A stretch of DNA of 36,309 bases from Octopus sinensis. Its lineage: Eukaryota. The notes under the pieces are model-generated. The model worked only from the letters and a program-made list of their open reading frames with translations, was not told the origin of the DNA and made no database searches. This document shows positions 18,942 through 32,903 of the stretch, piece after piece (within the stretch, counting starts at the first letter, position 1; each line of letters starts with the position of its first letter). The position numbers and the translations under genes are program-made. The stretch is taken from contig NW_021834044.1 of the NCBI RefSeq assembly GCF_006345805.1, forward strand, positions 1-36,309, written 5' to 3'.

Positions 18942-20930
18942 ATGGCAACTAGAAACCACGTGGCTAGCCCGCCAGTCATGCAGAACGGTAGCAAAACACT
19001 ATTGCTACCACTAGCTGCTAAACATCGCAGCGTGAACACCGCTGTCACCACCATCACCACCACCAACAACAACAACAACAATCTAACGTCGCATTCACCA
19101 TCGCCGCGACCAAGACATTAACTTAGATTTCCCCTCACTCCCCACACCACTTGTTGATGATAAAGGGACAGAGAAAGGGATTTCAAAATGAATACAAACG
19201 AAAACATGAATGCCAGCACCACCACCATCACCACCAACAACAACAACAACAACGAAATTGGCACAAAGCCGCCTACCAAAGACAACACCGCCAACAACAA
19301 CACCACTACTACGACGTCAAATGCTACATCCAAGCCTTCTGCTGCTAATACCGCCAACACCAACACCACTACCATGACTTCAATTAACACTGCCACAATA
19401 ACACTTCTACTGCCAAATTCAAAACGAATTTTGCGGACGTAACAAAACAAAAAAGAACATTGTAACATTCACCACACAGAGATAAACCGCACAAAGGCAC
19501 TCTTCTCCAAAGAAGGAGACAAATTGCACCTTCATATTCCACAACACATCGTGGAAAACACGCAAAAAAAACAATAATTTATAAGTAATAAACAAAAAAC
19601 AAGAGAACAGAAAATGCACCGCAGGAAAAAATCGATAAATGCCTTCGTCCTGTATGGGACTCCAAGGAATATATCAGTTGGGGAAACAAATTTGGTACAG
19701 TCCAAGTACGTTTCCTCAACGAAAGTTTAGCAAAACGTTTTTCCACATTGGAGCTACATTCGGACGACTTGGTAATGATACCAGTCTATTTAAACAAAAG
19801 GGTCACGAAAGTCCAAATAAAAACATACCATTTGATGTCGAAACACAATGGGTGGTCTCTTGCCATCTGCTTTGAAATGTCAGAGACAATGTCAGAGACA
19901 AACATCCTGGAAATCGCGGTTCTAGGAGAGAAAGACTATGTGGGCAAATCAATCGAATTCCTGCTTCAATGGATGGAAGAACAGCAGAGAGAAGAAATAC
20001 CCACCGCTATAGAACTGCCAGGAGGCTACAAACTCTATATAGTGGTAGAGGGCAGGCGACCACGCTGCTATTTGTGTGGAAGCGAAACACACTTGAAAAG
20101 ACGTGCCCAACCACTGCACACCAAGAGCAACAACAACAACCACTACCACAACCAAAGCACTCCGGAAAAAAGCTCTACTACCCACACCACCATCAACACA
20201 GAAGACGACAAGAGAAGCACACCAAGCTAATCCGTCATCAACCAAAACCACTCGACACCTGGAAAAACCAACACTACCATCAACAGCAAAACCCAAAGGA
20301 ACAGAAAAACAAAGAACACACACAAACTGATCCCCCATCCCTTATACCGCACTCAACACACAAACACTCAACAACCAACAACAACGAAAACAACAACACA
20401 ACCACTTACACAGACATACATAGAAGCCCACAACATACCCCTACCCCCTTCTGATTCCTCAGAAATTTCGTCGGAGACGAAACCAGTGAGGAATGGCAAA
20501 TAGCTACAAAAAGAAGGAAAATAAAGAGCAGAAACACAACCAAACCAAATGCAAACACGAACAAAGCAGGGGGAAATACATCTCCCGAAGACATTTCAAA
20601 ACCCACGCAAACAACAGCCACACCAACACCACAAAAACATATACAGCAAACATGCTCACAGCCATAGACACCAAAAACACAAATTTGATGGAATACATCC
20701 AATCAAAAACAAACATAACAGAAGATGACATAAAAACAAACAACCACCCATACACAACACCACCAGACCACATCAAAATAATACACATCTCCAAAAGTCT
20801 GCACCACACACTCAAAGGCATTTTCCCCAGTGCGGTTGGTAAATGCCAAAAATATCTCACAAAGAAACTGTACTGGGATCTTCTCGAGGACAAACCAACG
20901 GAGGAGAAAGCAAAAACTTTCGAGCAGTAA
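18942..20930 (+). pseudogene. LINE ORF1 (gag-like: Thr/Asn-rich N-terminus, RRM-like VTKVQIKNIPFDV, CCHC knuckle), frameshifted
   Basis: Pieces in ORFs 18936, 19188, 19748 and 20493; CYLCGSETHLK.. knuckle. The start at ATG 18942 is inferred from the A/B consensus. Confidence 0.8.
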
Positions 20931-20961
20931 GTAACCCTCTGTATTCTAATTCATTAGAACT

Positions 20962-23900
20962 ATGATCAAGATTGGTTGTGTAAATCGCGTGGCTTGGGTC
21001 CCCTTGGAAACAAGGGTACCTCTTAAATGACATAAAGTCACATAAGTTAGAAATCATAGCCATAAACGAGACCAGACTCCACAATCCGCGGCCCTAAAGA
21101 CCATGTTTGGCGGACAGTTCAACATTTATTTTCCCCCTGTCTGCCGAGAATGGGCGGTAGTGGCACCGCGGTACTTTTTCACAAGAGTCTGGATCTCAAT
21201 GTAAGGACAATATTCGTAGACCCGGAGGGTAGACTGGTCGTCCTGGATGTCGACGGCAGCAATGGGTGCGCTTTTCGGCTCGTATCAGTTTACGCACCGC
21301 CCTTAACAGGTCGGGCGGATTTCTTTCAACGTCTAGAAGTTTTCTTGGGAACGTCTCGTCCTCCTTACTCTTAGTGGGGGATTGGAATGCTACCTTGGAC
21401 ACGCATGTAGACTACGTGGGTAGAGATAGGAATAGACGGGGATGCAAATGCCTCAGAGACCTGCTCAGACGCTTTCAAACTGTCTGACAGGTTTCGACTA
21501 GACCACCCGAATGCGCCAACGTGGACATGGAGCAACCGCATCGGGTCGTCGAGATCGTATCTAGATAGGATACTGTGTAGGACAGTAGATAGAGATAGCA
21601 TAGGATGTCCACAATTCCACATAGTCAGCTACACGGATCACAAACTTGTGACATGTACGCTAGACTTAGGTAAGACACTTAGGCAGGGTCCCGGATACTG
21701 GAAACTAAACGCGTCTTTCCCATCGAGACAAGTTTTCAGAGACCGGATTAGCACACTAGTAAAGAGGGCTTTGACGGGAGCCATCATCAACAACAAATGG
21801 TGGTTTGCCCTCAAGAGAGCAGTAAAAGCAGAAGCGATTAGGTACAGCAAAGCACTAGCCATAGATAGAAATAGAGTAGAGGGTGAGCTAGTTAAGAAGC
21901 TAGAAGAGGCAATTAGAAGCGGCATCGCATCCGACGTTTTGGCGGCGAGGTTGGCCCTCGACCAACACTTCAACGCCAAACACGAAGGATGTGCTGTCAG
22001 AGCTAGGATGCGTGCTCTAAGGAACGAAGGTGTTGGAGCCGCGAGAGAGGCCCGGTGGCAGAGGCGCAACAGGGCAACAAAGCCACCATTCGGTCACTGG
22101 TAGATGACAGGGGCGCGAATTGCTCGAGCCAAGTAAAATGTGTGAGGCCTTTCAGCAGCATTTTGCCCGACTGTTCGGAACGAGTGGAGGGCAAGAACGT
22201 AGGGTGGACTTCAGTGCCTACCTACATAGCCTACCACGACTCTCGACAAGAAAGGCAGGGTGCTGCGAAGGTGCCATCACGGCGGCGGAAGTGCGGAAGC
22301 GATGGTAGAATGCTCGAGGGACAAATCACCGGTTTGGATGGTCTACCCTACGAGCTTTACAATTGTATGCCAGACTTGTTTGGAGATCTCTTGGCGGCGG
22401 TGTACTGCAACTGGCAGCAAAACGGAGCATTCCTGGTTTGTGAGCCGAGGAGCCGTAACACTGCTGAAGAAAGATCTAAACAAGGGAAATGTAATAGATA
22501 ACTTTAGGCCCATCACTCTGCTTAATGCAGACTTGAAAATTTTGGCCAAGGTGCTAGCCAAGAGGTTGGCGCTTGTCATCGAGAAACTGGTCGACAAGGC
22601 GCAAACATGCGCCGTGCCAGGCCGGACCATCCATGACAACCTCCATCTGATGCGCTACATCATAGACAGGGTAGTTAACGAACCTGGCATGGGTGGGCCT
22701 GATCAACTTGGATCAATCAAAGCCTTTGATAGGGTAGACCATCGATACTTGGAGGCAGTCCTGAGAGCGGCTGGTTTCGGTCCCGTCTTCCGCGCGCTGG
22801 ATAGCTGCCTTGTACAGAGGCATCCGTTCGGTAATTCGCGTAAATGGACATCTATCGAGACCTTTCGACATTGCACGTTCGGTCCGTCAGGGATGCCCCC
22901 TCTCGGCGCTTCTATACGTATTGACTCTTGAGCCACTACTGCGGAAGCTGGCGACTCTAAGGGCATCCCGCGAGAATTGGGATGCGGGACGAGCGTGTCT
23001 GCATACGCGGACGACGTCACCGTCATAGTGTCTAGCCACGAGCACATCGAGCTGGTCGACGAGACACTGAAAAACTACGAAGCGGTGACAGGAGCGAAAA
23101 TCACCGGGAAAAGTCAGTGGGCTTGCGACTAGGCACCTGGAGAAGCAAGCCCATGCCGTCCCCCCAGCGCCTCCGTCGTGGGACGCTGGACCGACGGCCC
23201 GGTTGAGTTGCTCGGGGGTCTGGTTTGGTCCGGACCTCCAAGTGGAGAAGAACTGGAACGAGATAACGAGTAGGGTGGTCACTCTCGCCCGGCAATGGGA
23301 CCGAGAGGAAACTGTCCCTAAAAGGTCGAGCGGAGGTGGCGAACACGTACAATCGCGTCCGTCATCTACTACCGCCTGACCGTCGTACCTTGTCCCGACC
23401 CTACCATCACCAAACTACAACGCATCCTCTTTCGCTTCTTGTGGAAAGGATGCGTCCCGATGGTCAGGCGATCCATTTGCTGTCAACACCCGTTAAAAGG
23501 AGGGCTGGGCATGCCGTGGTTATGATGCGCAGACACGCGCTGAGACTGCGACATCTCTCTGGCTCTATGTAGACGACGGTGAACAGGTGTGGTCGCCGTT
23601 TGTGAGGCACGCTTTCCCGCAGCTCGTCTCCATGACCGAACTGCAGTCGTGGATCAAAAAGAGCCGAGGAAGGGCGAATGGCACCGCGAGTGTCGCGTTG
23701 CTCTCAAGCAACTCTGCCGTCCTGGGTCGACCTAAGTGACTTCAACACAACCAAAGCATTCTATAGGGGTTTAGTGGAGGGGAGGTACGACGACGAGCTC
23801 GGGGCGAACCTGGACGTCGACGAGGAGTACCTGACCCGCCTGTTTCGGGACGACTTTCGGGCCAGGGCCCATGGACAACTTCCAGAGATCCCTGGCTGGC

Positions 23901-24389
23901 AGTGCTACCGAGAAGCGCTACCCGTTCGGGATAAGCTCTACAGACACGGCTCGAGAAACACGGGGCCGACCTGCCCGAGATGCGGTCAGAGCGACGAAAC
24001 CGTTCTGCACGCACTCGTTCAGTGTCCAACAATTTCCGACCTGTGGGCTTATGTCGAACCTGCTGTCACGTGTGGGACGAGTCGGTTTATCAGCTGAGTC
24101 TATCGTCAATATTGTCACGCCTCCTTCCTTCAAACGGGAAGGAAGAGCTATTTTCATCATCCTGTGGGCTATGGGCGAAAAGAATGTATCTGGTGGACGC
24201 GTCTGAAGGATTGGAGACAAACACTTTCCTCTCTGGTCAATCTCTCATCAACTTCTTCAAGTACCACTTGAAAGGAAAGTGAGAGTAAGAGGCAAGTTTT
24301 GTTCTAGCGAATGTTTAAAAAAAGATGGGTGAAATGTAGCAAGAATGGCACGTATGAATGACGAAGCCACCTTGAGCATAGTCCTATGA
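20962..24389 (+). pseudogene. LINE ORF2 (APE endonuclease, reverse transcriptase, C-terminal CCHC), frameshifted
   Basis: GGSGTAVLF, LVSVYAPP, VGDWNA, PGYWKLNAS, NFRPITLLNADLKILAKVLAKRL, KAFDRVDH, SVRQGCPLSALLY, AYADDV, CPRC..ETVLHALVQC. Confidence 0.93.
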
Positions 24390-24784
24390 ACCCAGAAATC
24401 GAAAACAGAGAGTTGCTTATTTGCAAAAAAAAAAAAAAAAAAAAGAATAAAAATGTGACTTCATTGACCGAGGTACCGTGGTCTGTTCCGCAGGCTTTCT
24501 TTCCACGGTAAAACCTCACCTGTCCTCCCTTTACACTTCATATTGACATTTCTGTGATAACGATCCCTATTGATCAGTTTTTTTTCCTCCCCCCCCCCTT
24601 TTTTTTTTTTTTTTTTTTAAACCCCCCTTATTTTTGTCCTCTTTCTCTCTTTACGATCCCCGTTTGATCGAACCTCCCCCTTCCTTTTTTTTTTTTTTTT
24701 TTTTTTTTAATACCTTCAAAAGAAAAGCTCTACCTTGTAATTTGTTCTATCTGTGTGCAGCCCTGTGTGGCTAATAAAGAAACA

Positions 24785-24817
<33 letters not shown>

Positions 24818-24888
24818 GTCTGCCTATCTATCTACCTACCTACCTACCTACCTACCTACCTATCTATTTATCTATCTATCTATCTATC
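24785..24888. repeat. (TATC)/(TACC)n array, 3' flank of copy A
   Basis: Direct reading. Confidence 0.95.
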
Positions 24889-24990
24889 TTTTCCTCCTTT
24901 CGTGATCGATAAAAAAGTACCAATTGAACACTGAGATCGATGTAATCGACTAACTCCCCCCCGCCCTTCCCCACAAAACAGTAGAAAGGA
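24889..24990 (+). mobile_element. SINE family 2 3' half, diverged
   Basis: CCTTTTCGTGATCGATAAAAAAGTACCAATTGAACACTGAGATCGATGTAATCGACTAA matches the family 2 body. Confidence 0.75.
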
Positions 24991-25394
24991 TTATTGTTGT
25001 TTTTGTTGTTGTTGTCGTCGAAGTGATGAGGCTGCAGAGTCGTCAGGGCTTCCCGATATTTTTCAAATATTTTATGGTTTTAGTTCAAATCGTGCTTCGC
25101 CTTTCGGCCCATCTGGGGGTCGGTGGGGAACCAGTCTCGCAGTAGGGTCAATGCTATCGACAGAACCCTTTCTCTCCATATTGCCTCTCTTCTGTCGAGA
25201 TTCGAAGGCATTGTTCTGGTTGTTGTTGTTGTTCTTCATTCCTGGTCCATTCAATCTGAACGTCCCAGGACTGGGCGATCAGTTGTATTCTTGTGCAAAG
25301 CATTTCTTTCCGTGGTGCCGCAGTCTACTAAGCCGCAAATGGGTCACCCTGCGACGGACTGCTGTCCCGCTCAAGGGTGCCGCGGTCCTCACTC

Positions 25395-25403
25395 ACTCAC
25401 CAT
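25395..25403 (-). other. Candidate ATG followed directly by a splice donor in a CpG-rich island
   Basis: The minus strand reads TTACC-ATG-GTGAGT within GC/CpG-rich unique sequence at about 25010-25470. Confidence 0.25.
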
Positions 25404-25539
25404 GGTAACCGGGTGACCGGTCAAATCACTCCTACGACACGAGACAGTAATGATGTCCAAGGGCAGATGATGATGATACTGATGATGGTGTTGATGATGA
25501 TGATGATGACGACTGATGGTGGAGTGGTTCTGATGATGA

Positions 25540-25669
25540 TATACATACATACATAAATACCAGTATATATATATACATATATGCATACATATATATATAC
25601 ATGCATATATATATATATCTATATATATATATATTATATAAATATATATACATATATACATACATATAT

Positions 25670-25701
<32 letters not shown>

Positions 25702-25945
25702 ATATATATATAGATATAATATAGATATGTATGTAGTATATATATATGTATGTATGTATATATATATATGTATGTATGTTGTATATATATATATATACAT
25801 ATATTATCGACATATAATATATAGATTAGATATATATACATATATATATATTATCTATATATATACATACATATATATATACACACATACACATATATAT
25901 ATATATATATATAATATATATATATATTATATATATATGCATATA
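25540..25945. repeat. (TA)n-rich compound microsatellite
   Basis: Direct reading. Confidence 0.95.
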
Positions 25946-26099
25946 TACGACGGGCTTCTTTCAGTTTCCGTCTACCAAATCCACTCACAACGCTTTGGTT
26001 GGCTATTAAGAAGACTCTTGCCCAAGGTGCAAGCAGTGGGACTGAACCCGGAACCATGTGGTTGGTAAGCAAGCTACTTTACCACACACCCACTCCTGC
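25946..26099 (-). mobile_element. SINE family 1, 5' half
   Basis: Reverse match to 2496-2660 with a small internal deletion. Confidence 0.88.
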
Positions 26100-26127
26100 T
26101 CCTATTATATACGTGTGTGTGTGTGTG

Positions 26128-26169
<42 letters not shown>

Positions 26170-26669
26170 ATATATATAAATACACACACAGTTGCATCTA
26201 TTTCTTCCCCTCTCCCTTCCTCTCCTTTATATCTACCTACACACACACACACGATTCTGTATGTATGTGTTTGTATGCTGATATCAGTTTGCGTGCTTTT
26301 CTTTTTTTATATATACACCTACGAAAACTATAAAGATAAAACATAAATAAAATGAAATAAAATAAAACAAAACGAAATAAAATTTAAAATCAATAAAAAA
26401 CATAAAACAGAGCTCTTCGTTTCATTGTTGATACAATAAACGCGGTGAAAATCAACACCAAACTTGATCTTTCCGTTTCTCCATTCCACGATAGATTTTA
26501 TATCCAACATCTAAAGTTTATTTATTTCTTTAACTACTCTACTTTGATCTTTTAAGATGCTTCACAAATTTTCTTCTTGTTTTGTTTATTTTCACAACTT
26601 TTACTCCTTCCGTCCGTTTTTTTTTTCGTCTGTCCGTTTGTCTGTTAGTATGCCCGTCTATCTGTTTCT

Positions 26670-27226
<557 letters not shown>

Positions 27227-27429
27227 GCTAGTCATATCGGCTCCAAGTAAGTTGGCCACTTTACATGTTTAAAACTCCTGTTGTCAAATATTTGTTTTTA
27301 ATCGTTGTGCAAATTCATTCACTAAAAAACCTGAGAATTATTCACGTAGAATTCCGCCCCTGTATGGGCGAAATTACAAAAAAACTTTCAAAACTTTCGT
27401 GGGTTTTTTAGCCATTTTTCATTTTGAAA

Positions 27430-29439
27430 ATGGCAACTAGAAACCACGTGGCTAGCCCGCCAGTCATGCAGAACGGTAGCAAAACACTATTGCTACCACT
27501 AGCTGCTAAACATCGCAGCGTGAACACCGCTGTCACCACCATCACCACCACCACAACAACAACAACACATCTAACGTCGCATTCACCATCGCCGCGACCA
27601 AAGACATTAACTTAGATTTCCCCTCCCACTCCCCACACCACTTGTTGATGATAAAGGGACAGAGAAAGGGATTTCAAAAATGAATACAAACGAAAACATG
27701 AATGCCAGCACCACCACCATCACCACCAACAACAACAACAACGAAATTGGCACAAAGCCGCCTACCAAAGACAAACCCCGCCAACACCAACACCACTACT
27801 ACGACGTCAAATGCTACATCCAAGCCTTCTGCTGCTAATACCGCCAACACCAACAAACCCACACAACCATGACTTCAATTAACACTGCCACAATTAACAC
27901 TTCTACTGCCAAATTCAAAACGAATTTTGCGGACGTAACAAAACAAAAAAGAACAATTGTAACATTCACCACACAAGAGAAAACCGCACAAAGGCACTCT
28001 TCTCCAAAGAAGGAGACAAATTGCACCTTCATATTCCACAACACATCGTGGAAAACACGCAAAAAAAAACAATAATTTATAAAGTAATAAACAAAAAACA
28101 AGAAGAACAGAAAATGCACCGCAGGAAAAAATCGATAAATGCCTTCGTCCTGTATGGGACTCCAAGGAATATATCAGTTGGGGAAACACAATTTGGTACA
28201 GTCCAAGTACGTTTCCTCAACGAAAGTTTAGCAAAACGTTTTTCCACATTGGAGCTACATTCGGACGACTTGGTAATGATACCAGTCTATTTAAACAAAA
28301 GGGTCACGAAAGTCCAAATAAAAAACATACCATTTGATGTCGAAACACAATGGGTGGTCTCTGCCATCTGCTTTGAAATGTCAGAGACAATGTCAGAGAC
28401 AAACATCCTGGAAATCGCGGTTCTAGGAGAGAAAGACTATGTGGGCAAATCAATCGAATTCCTGCTTCAATTGGATGAAGCAGCAAGAGAGAAGATACCC
28501 ACCGCTATAGAACTGCCAGGAGGCTACAAACTCTATATAGTGGTAGAGGGCAGGCGACCACGCTGCTATTGTGTGGAAGCGAAACACACTTGAAAAAGAC
28601 GTGCCCAACCACTGCACACCAAGAGCAACACAACAACCACTACCACAACCAAAGCACTCCGGAAAAAAAGCTCTACTACCCACACACACCACCATCAACA
28701 CAGAAGACGACAAGAAGCACACACCAAGCTAATCCGTCATCAACCAAAAACCACTCGACACCTGAAAAATACCAACACTACCATCAACAGCAAAACCCAA
28801 AGGAACAGAAAAACAAAGAAAACACACACAAACTGATCCCCCATCCCTTATACCGCACTCAACACACACAAACACTCAACAACCAACAACAACGAAAACA
28901 ACAACACAACCACTTACACAGACATACATAGAAGCCCACAACATACCCCTACCCCACCTTTCTGATTCCTCAGAAATTTCGTCGGAAGACGAAACCAGTG
29001 AGGAATGGCAAATAGCTACAAAAAGAAGAAAATAAAGAGCAGAAACACAACCAAACCAAATGCAAACACGAACAAAGCAGGGGGAAATACATCTCCCGAA
29101 GACATTTCAAAACCCAACGCAAACAACAGCCACACCAACACCACAAAAACATATACAGCAAAATGCTCACAGCCATAGACACCAAAACACAAATTTGATG
29201 GAATACATCCAATCAAAAACAAACATAACAGAAGATGACATAAAACAACACAACCACCCATACACAACACCACCAGACCACATCAAAATAATACACATCT
29301 CCAAAAGTCTGCACACACACTCAAAGGCATTTTCCCCAGTGCGGTTGGTAAATGCCAAAAATATCTCACAAAGAAACTGTACTGGGATCTTCTCGAGGAC
29401 AAACCAACGGAGGAGAAAGCAAAAACTTTCGAGCAGTAA
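27430..29439 (+). pseudogene. LINE ORF1, frameshifted
   Basis: Pieces in ORFs 27424, 27869, 28021, 28569 and 29060; shared stop ..TFEQ* at 29437-29439. Confidence 0.8.
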
Positions 29440-29470
29440 GTAACCCTCTGTATTCTAATTCATTAGAACT

Positions 29471-32400
29471 ATGATCAAGATTGGTTGTGTAAATGCGCGT
29501 GGCTTGGGGTCCCCTTGGAAACAAGGGTACCTCTTAAATGACATAAAGTCACATAAGTTAGAAATCATAGCCATAAGCGAGACCAGACTCCACAATCCGC
29601 GGGCCCTAAAGACCATGTTGGCGGACAGTTCAACATTTATTTTTCCCCCTGTCTGCCGAGAATGGGCGGTAGTGGCACCGCGGTACTTTTTCACAAGAGT
29701 CTGGATCTCAATGTAAGGACAATATTCGTAGACCCGGAGGGTAGACTGGTCGTCCTGGATGTCGACGGCAGCAATGGGTGCGCTTTTCGGCTCGTATCAG
29801 TTTACGCACCGCCCTTAACAGGTCGGGCGGATTTCTTTCAACGTCTAGAAGTTTTCTTGGGAACGTCTCGTCCTTTACTCTTAGTGGGGGATTGGAATGC
29901 TACCTTGGACACGCATGTAGACTACGTGGGTAGAGATAGGAATAGACGGGGATGCAAATGCCTCAGAGACCTGCTCAGACGCTTTCAACTGTCTGACAGT
30001 TTCGACTAGACCACCCGAATGCGCCAACGTGGACATGGAGCAACCGCATCGGGTCGTCGAGATCGTATCTAGATAGGATACTGTGTAGGACAGTAGATAG
30101 AGATAGCATAGGATGTCCACAATTCCACATAGTCAGCTACACGGATCACAAACTTGTGACATGTACGCTAGACTTAGGTAAGACACTTAGGCAGGGTCCC
30201 GGATACTGGAAACTAAACGCGTCTTTCCCATCGAGACAAGTTTTCAGAGACCGGATTAGCACACTAGTAAAGAGGGCTTTGACGGGAGCCATCATCAACA
30301 ACAAATGGTGGTTTGCCCTCAAGAGAGCAGTAAAAGCAGAAGCGATTAGGTACAGCAAAGCACTAGCCATAGATAGAAATAGAGTAGAGGGTGAGCTAGT
30401 TAAGAAGCTAGAAGAGGCAATTAGAAGCGGCATCGCATCCGACGTTTTGGCGGCGAGGTTGGCCCTCGACCAACACTTCAACGCCAAACACGAAGGATGT
30501 GCTGTCAGAGCTAGGATGCGTGCTCTAAGGAACGAAGGTGTTGGAGCCGCGAGAGAGGCCCGGGTGGCAGAGGCGCAACAGGGCAACAAAGCCACCATTC
30601 GGTCACTGGTAGATGAACAGGGGCGCGAATTGCTCGAGCCAAGTAAAATGTGTGAGGCCTTTCAGCAGCATTTTGCCCGACTGTTCGGAACGAGTGGAGG
30701 GCAAGAACGTAGGGTGGACTTCAGTGCCTACCTACATAGCCTACCACGACTCTCGACAAGAAAGGCAGGGTGCTGCGAAGGTGCCATCACGGCGGCGGAA
30801 GTGCGGGAAGCGATGGCAGAATGCTCGAGGGACAAATCACCGGGTTTGGATGGTCTACCCTACGAGCTTTACAATTGTATGCCAGACTTGTTTGGAGATC
30901 TCTTGGCGGCGGTGTACTGCAACTGGCAGCAAAACGGGAGCATTCCTGGTTTTGTGAGCCGAGGAGCCGTAACACTGCTGAAGAAAGATCTAAACAAGGG
31001 AAATGTAATAGATAACTTTAGGCCCATCACTCTGCTTAATGCAGACTTGAAAATTTTGGCCAAGGTGCTAGCCAAGAGGTTGGCGCTTGTCATCGAGAAA
31101 CTGGTCGACAAGGCGCAAACATGGCGCCGTGCCAGCCGGACCATCCATGACAACCTCCATCTGATGCGCTACATCATAGACAGGGTAGTTAACGAACCTG
31201 GCATGGGTGGGGCCCTGATCAACTTGGATCAATCAAAAGCCTTTGATAGGGTAGACCATCGATACTTGGAGGCAGTCCTGAGAGCGGCTGGTTTCGGTCC
31301 CGTCTTCCGCGGCTGGATAGCTGCCTTGTACAGAGGCATCCGTTCGGTAATTCGCGTAAATGGACATCTATCGAGACCTTTCGACATTGCACGTTCGGTC
31401 CGTCAGGGATGCCCCCTCTCGGCGCTTCTATACGTATTGACTCTTGAGCCACTACTGCGGAAGCTGGCGACTCTAAGGGGCATCCCGCGAGAATTGGGAT
31501 GCGGGACGAGCGTGTCTGCATACGCGGACGACGTCACCGTCATAGTGTCTAGCCACGAGCACATCGAGCTGGTCGGCGAGACACTGAAAAACTACGAAGC
31601 GGTGACAGGAGCGAAAATCAACCGGAAAAGTCAGTGGGCTTGCGACTAGGCACCTGGAGAAGCAAGCCCATGCCGTCCACCAGCGCCTCCGTCGTGGGAC
31701 GCTGGACCGACGGCCCGGTTGAGTTGCTCGGGGTCTGGTTTGGTCCGGACCTCCAAGTGGAGAAGAACTGGAACGAGATAACGAGTAGGGTGGTCACTCT
31801 CGCCCGGCAATGGGCCGAGAGGAAACTGTCCCTAAAAGGTCGAGCGGAGGTGGCGAACACGTACATCGCGTCCGTCATCTACTACCGCCTGACCGTCGTA
31901 CCTTGTCCCGACCCTACCATCACCAACTACAACGCATCCTCTTTCGCTTCTTGTGGAAAGGATGCGTCCCGATGGTCAGGCGATCCATTTGCTGTCAACA
32001 CCCGTTAAAAGGAGGGCTGGGCATGCCGTGGTTGATGATGCGCAGACACGCGCTGAGACTGCGACATCTCTGGCTCTATGTAGACGACGGTGAACAGGTG
32101 TGGTCGCCGTTTGTGAGGCACGCTTTCCCGCAGCTCGTCTCCATGACCGAACTGCAGTCGTGGATCAAAAGAGGCCGAGGAAGGGCGAATGGCACCGCGA
32201 GTGTCGCGTTGCTCTCAAGCAACTCTGCCGTCCTGGGTCGACCTTAAGTGACTTCAACACAACCAAAGCATTCTATAGGGGTTTAGTGGAGGGGAGGTAC
32301 GACGACGAGCTCGGGGCGAACCTGGACGTCGACGAGGAGTACCTGACCCGCCTGTTCGGGACGACTTTCGGGCCAGGGCCCATGGACAACTTCCAGAGAT

Positions 32401-32903
32401 CCCTGGCCTGGCAGTGCTACCGAGAAGCGCTACCCGTTCGGGATAAGCTCTACAGACACGGCTCGAGAACACGGGGCCGACCTGCCCGAGATGCGGTCAG
32501 AGCGACGAAACCGTTCTGCACGCACTCGTTCAGTGTCCAACAATTTCCGACCTGTGGGCTTATGTCGAACAACTGCTGTCACGTGTGGGACGAGTCGGTT
32601 TATCAGCTGAGTCTATCGTCAATATTGTCACGCCTCCTTCCTTCAAACGGGAAGGAAGAGCTATTTTCATCATCCTTGTGGCTATGGCGAAAGAATGTAT
32701 CTGGTGGACGCGTCTGAAAGGATTGGAGACAAACACTTTCCTCTCTGGTCAATCTCTCATCAACTTCTTCAAGTACCACTTGAAAAGGAAAGTGAGAGTA
32801 GAGAGGCAAGGTTTTGTCTAGCGAATGTTTTAAAAAAAGATGGGTGAATGTAGCAAGAATGGCACGTATGAATGACGAAGCCACCTTGAGCATAGTCCTA
32901 TGA
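29471..32903 (+). pseudogene. LINE ORF2 (APE-RT-CCHC), with a few frameshifts
   Basis: MIKIGCVNARGL..IIAISETRL (APE N-terminus), GDWNA, YWKLN, KSPGLDGLPYELY, DQSKAFDRVDH, QGCPLS, YADD; stop TGA at 32901-32903. Confidence 0.94.

Larger units (their letters stand above)
18723..24784 (+). mobile_element. Tx1/L1-clade LINE copy A, near full length (~6.06 kb)
   Basis: 5' UTR, ORF1, ORF2 (APE-RT-CCHC) and 3' UTR ending AATAAAGAAAC; TATC arrays on both sides; many single-base indels. Confidence 0.95.

Noticed and set aside
21638-23282. Antisense ORFs within the LINE (also 30146-31878)
   Set aside because: They are shadows of GC-rich ORF2 coding sequence with no recognisable motifs.
29471-32903. 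Identity with RTE-clade LINEs reported as expressed in octopus brain
   Set aside because: The two-ORF structure, ORF1 knuckle, YWKLN motif and C-terminal CCHC point to Tx1/L1, not RTE.
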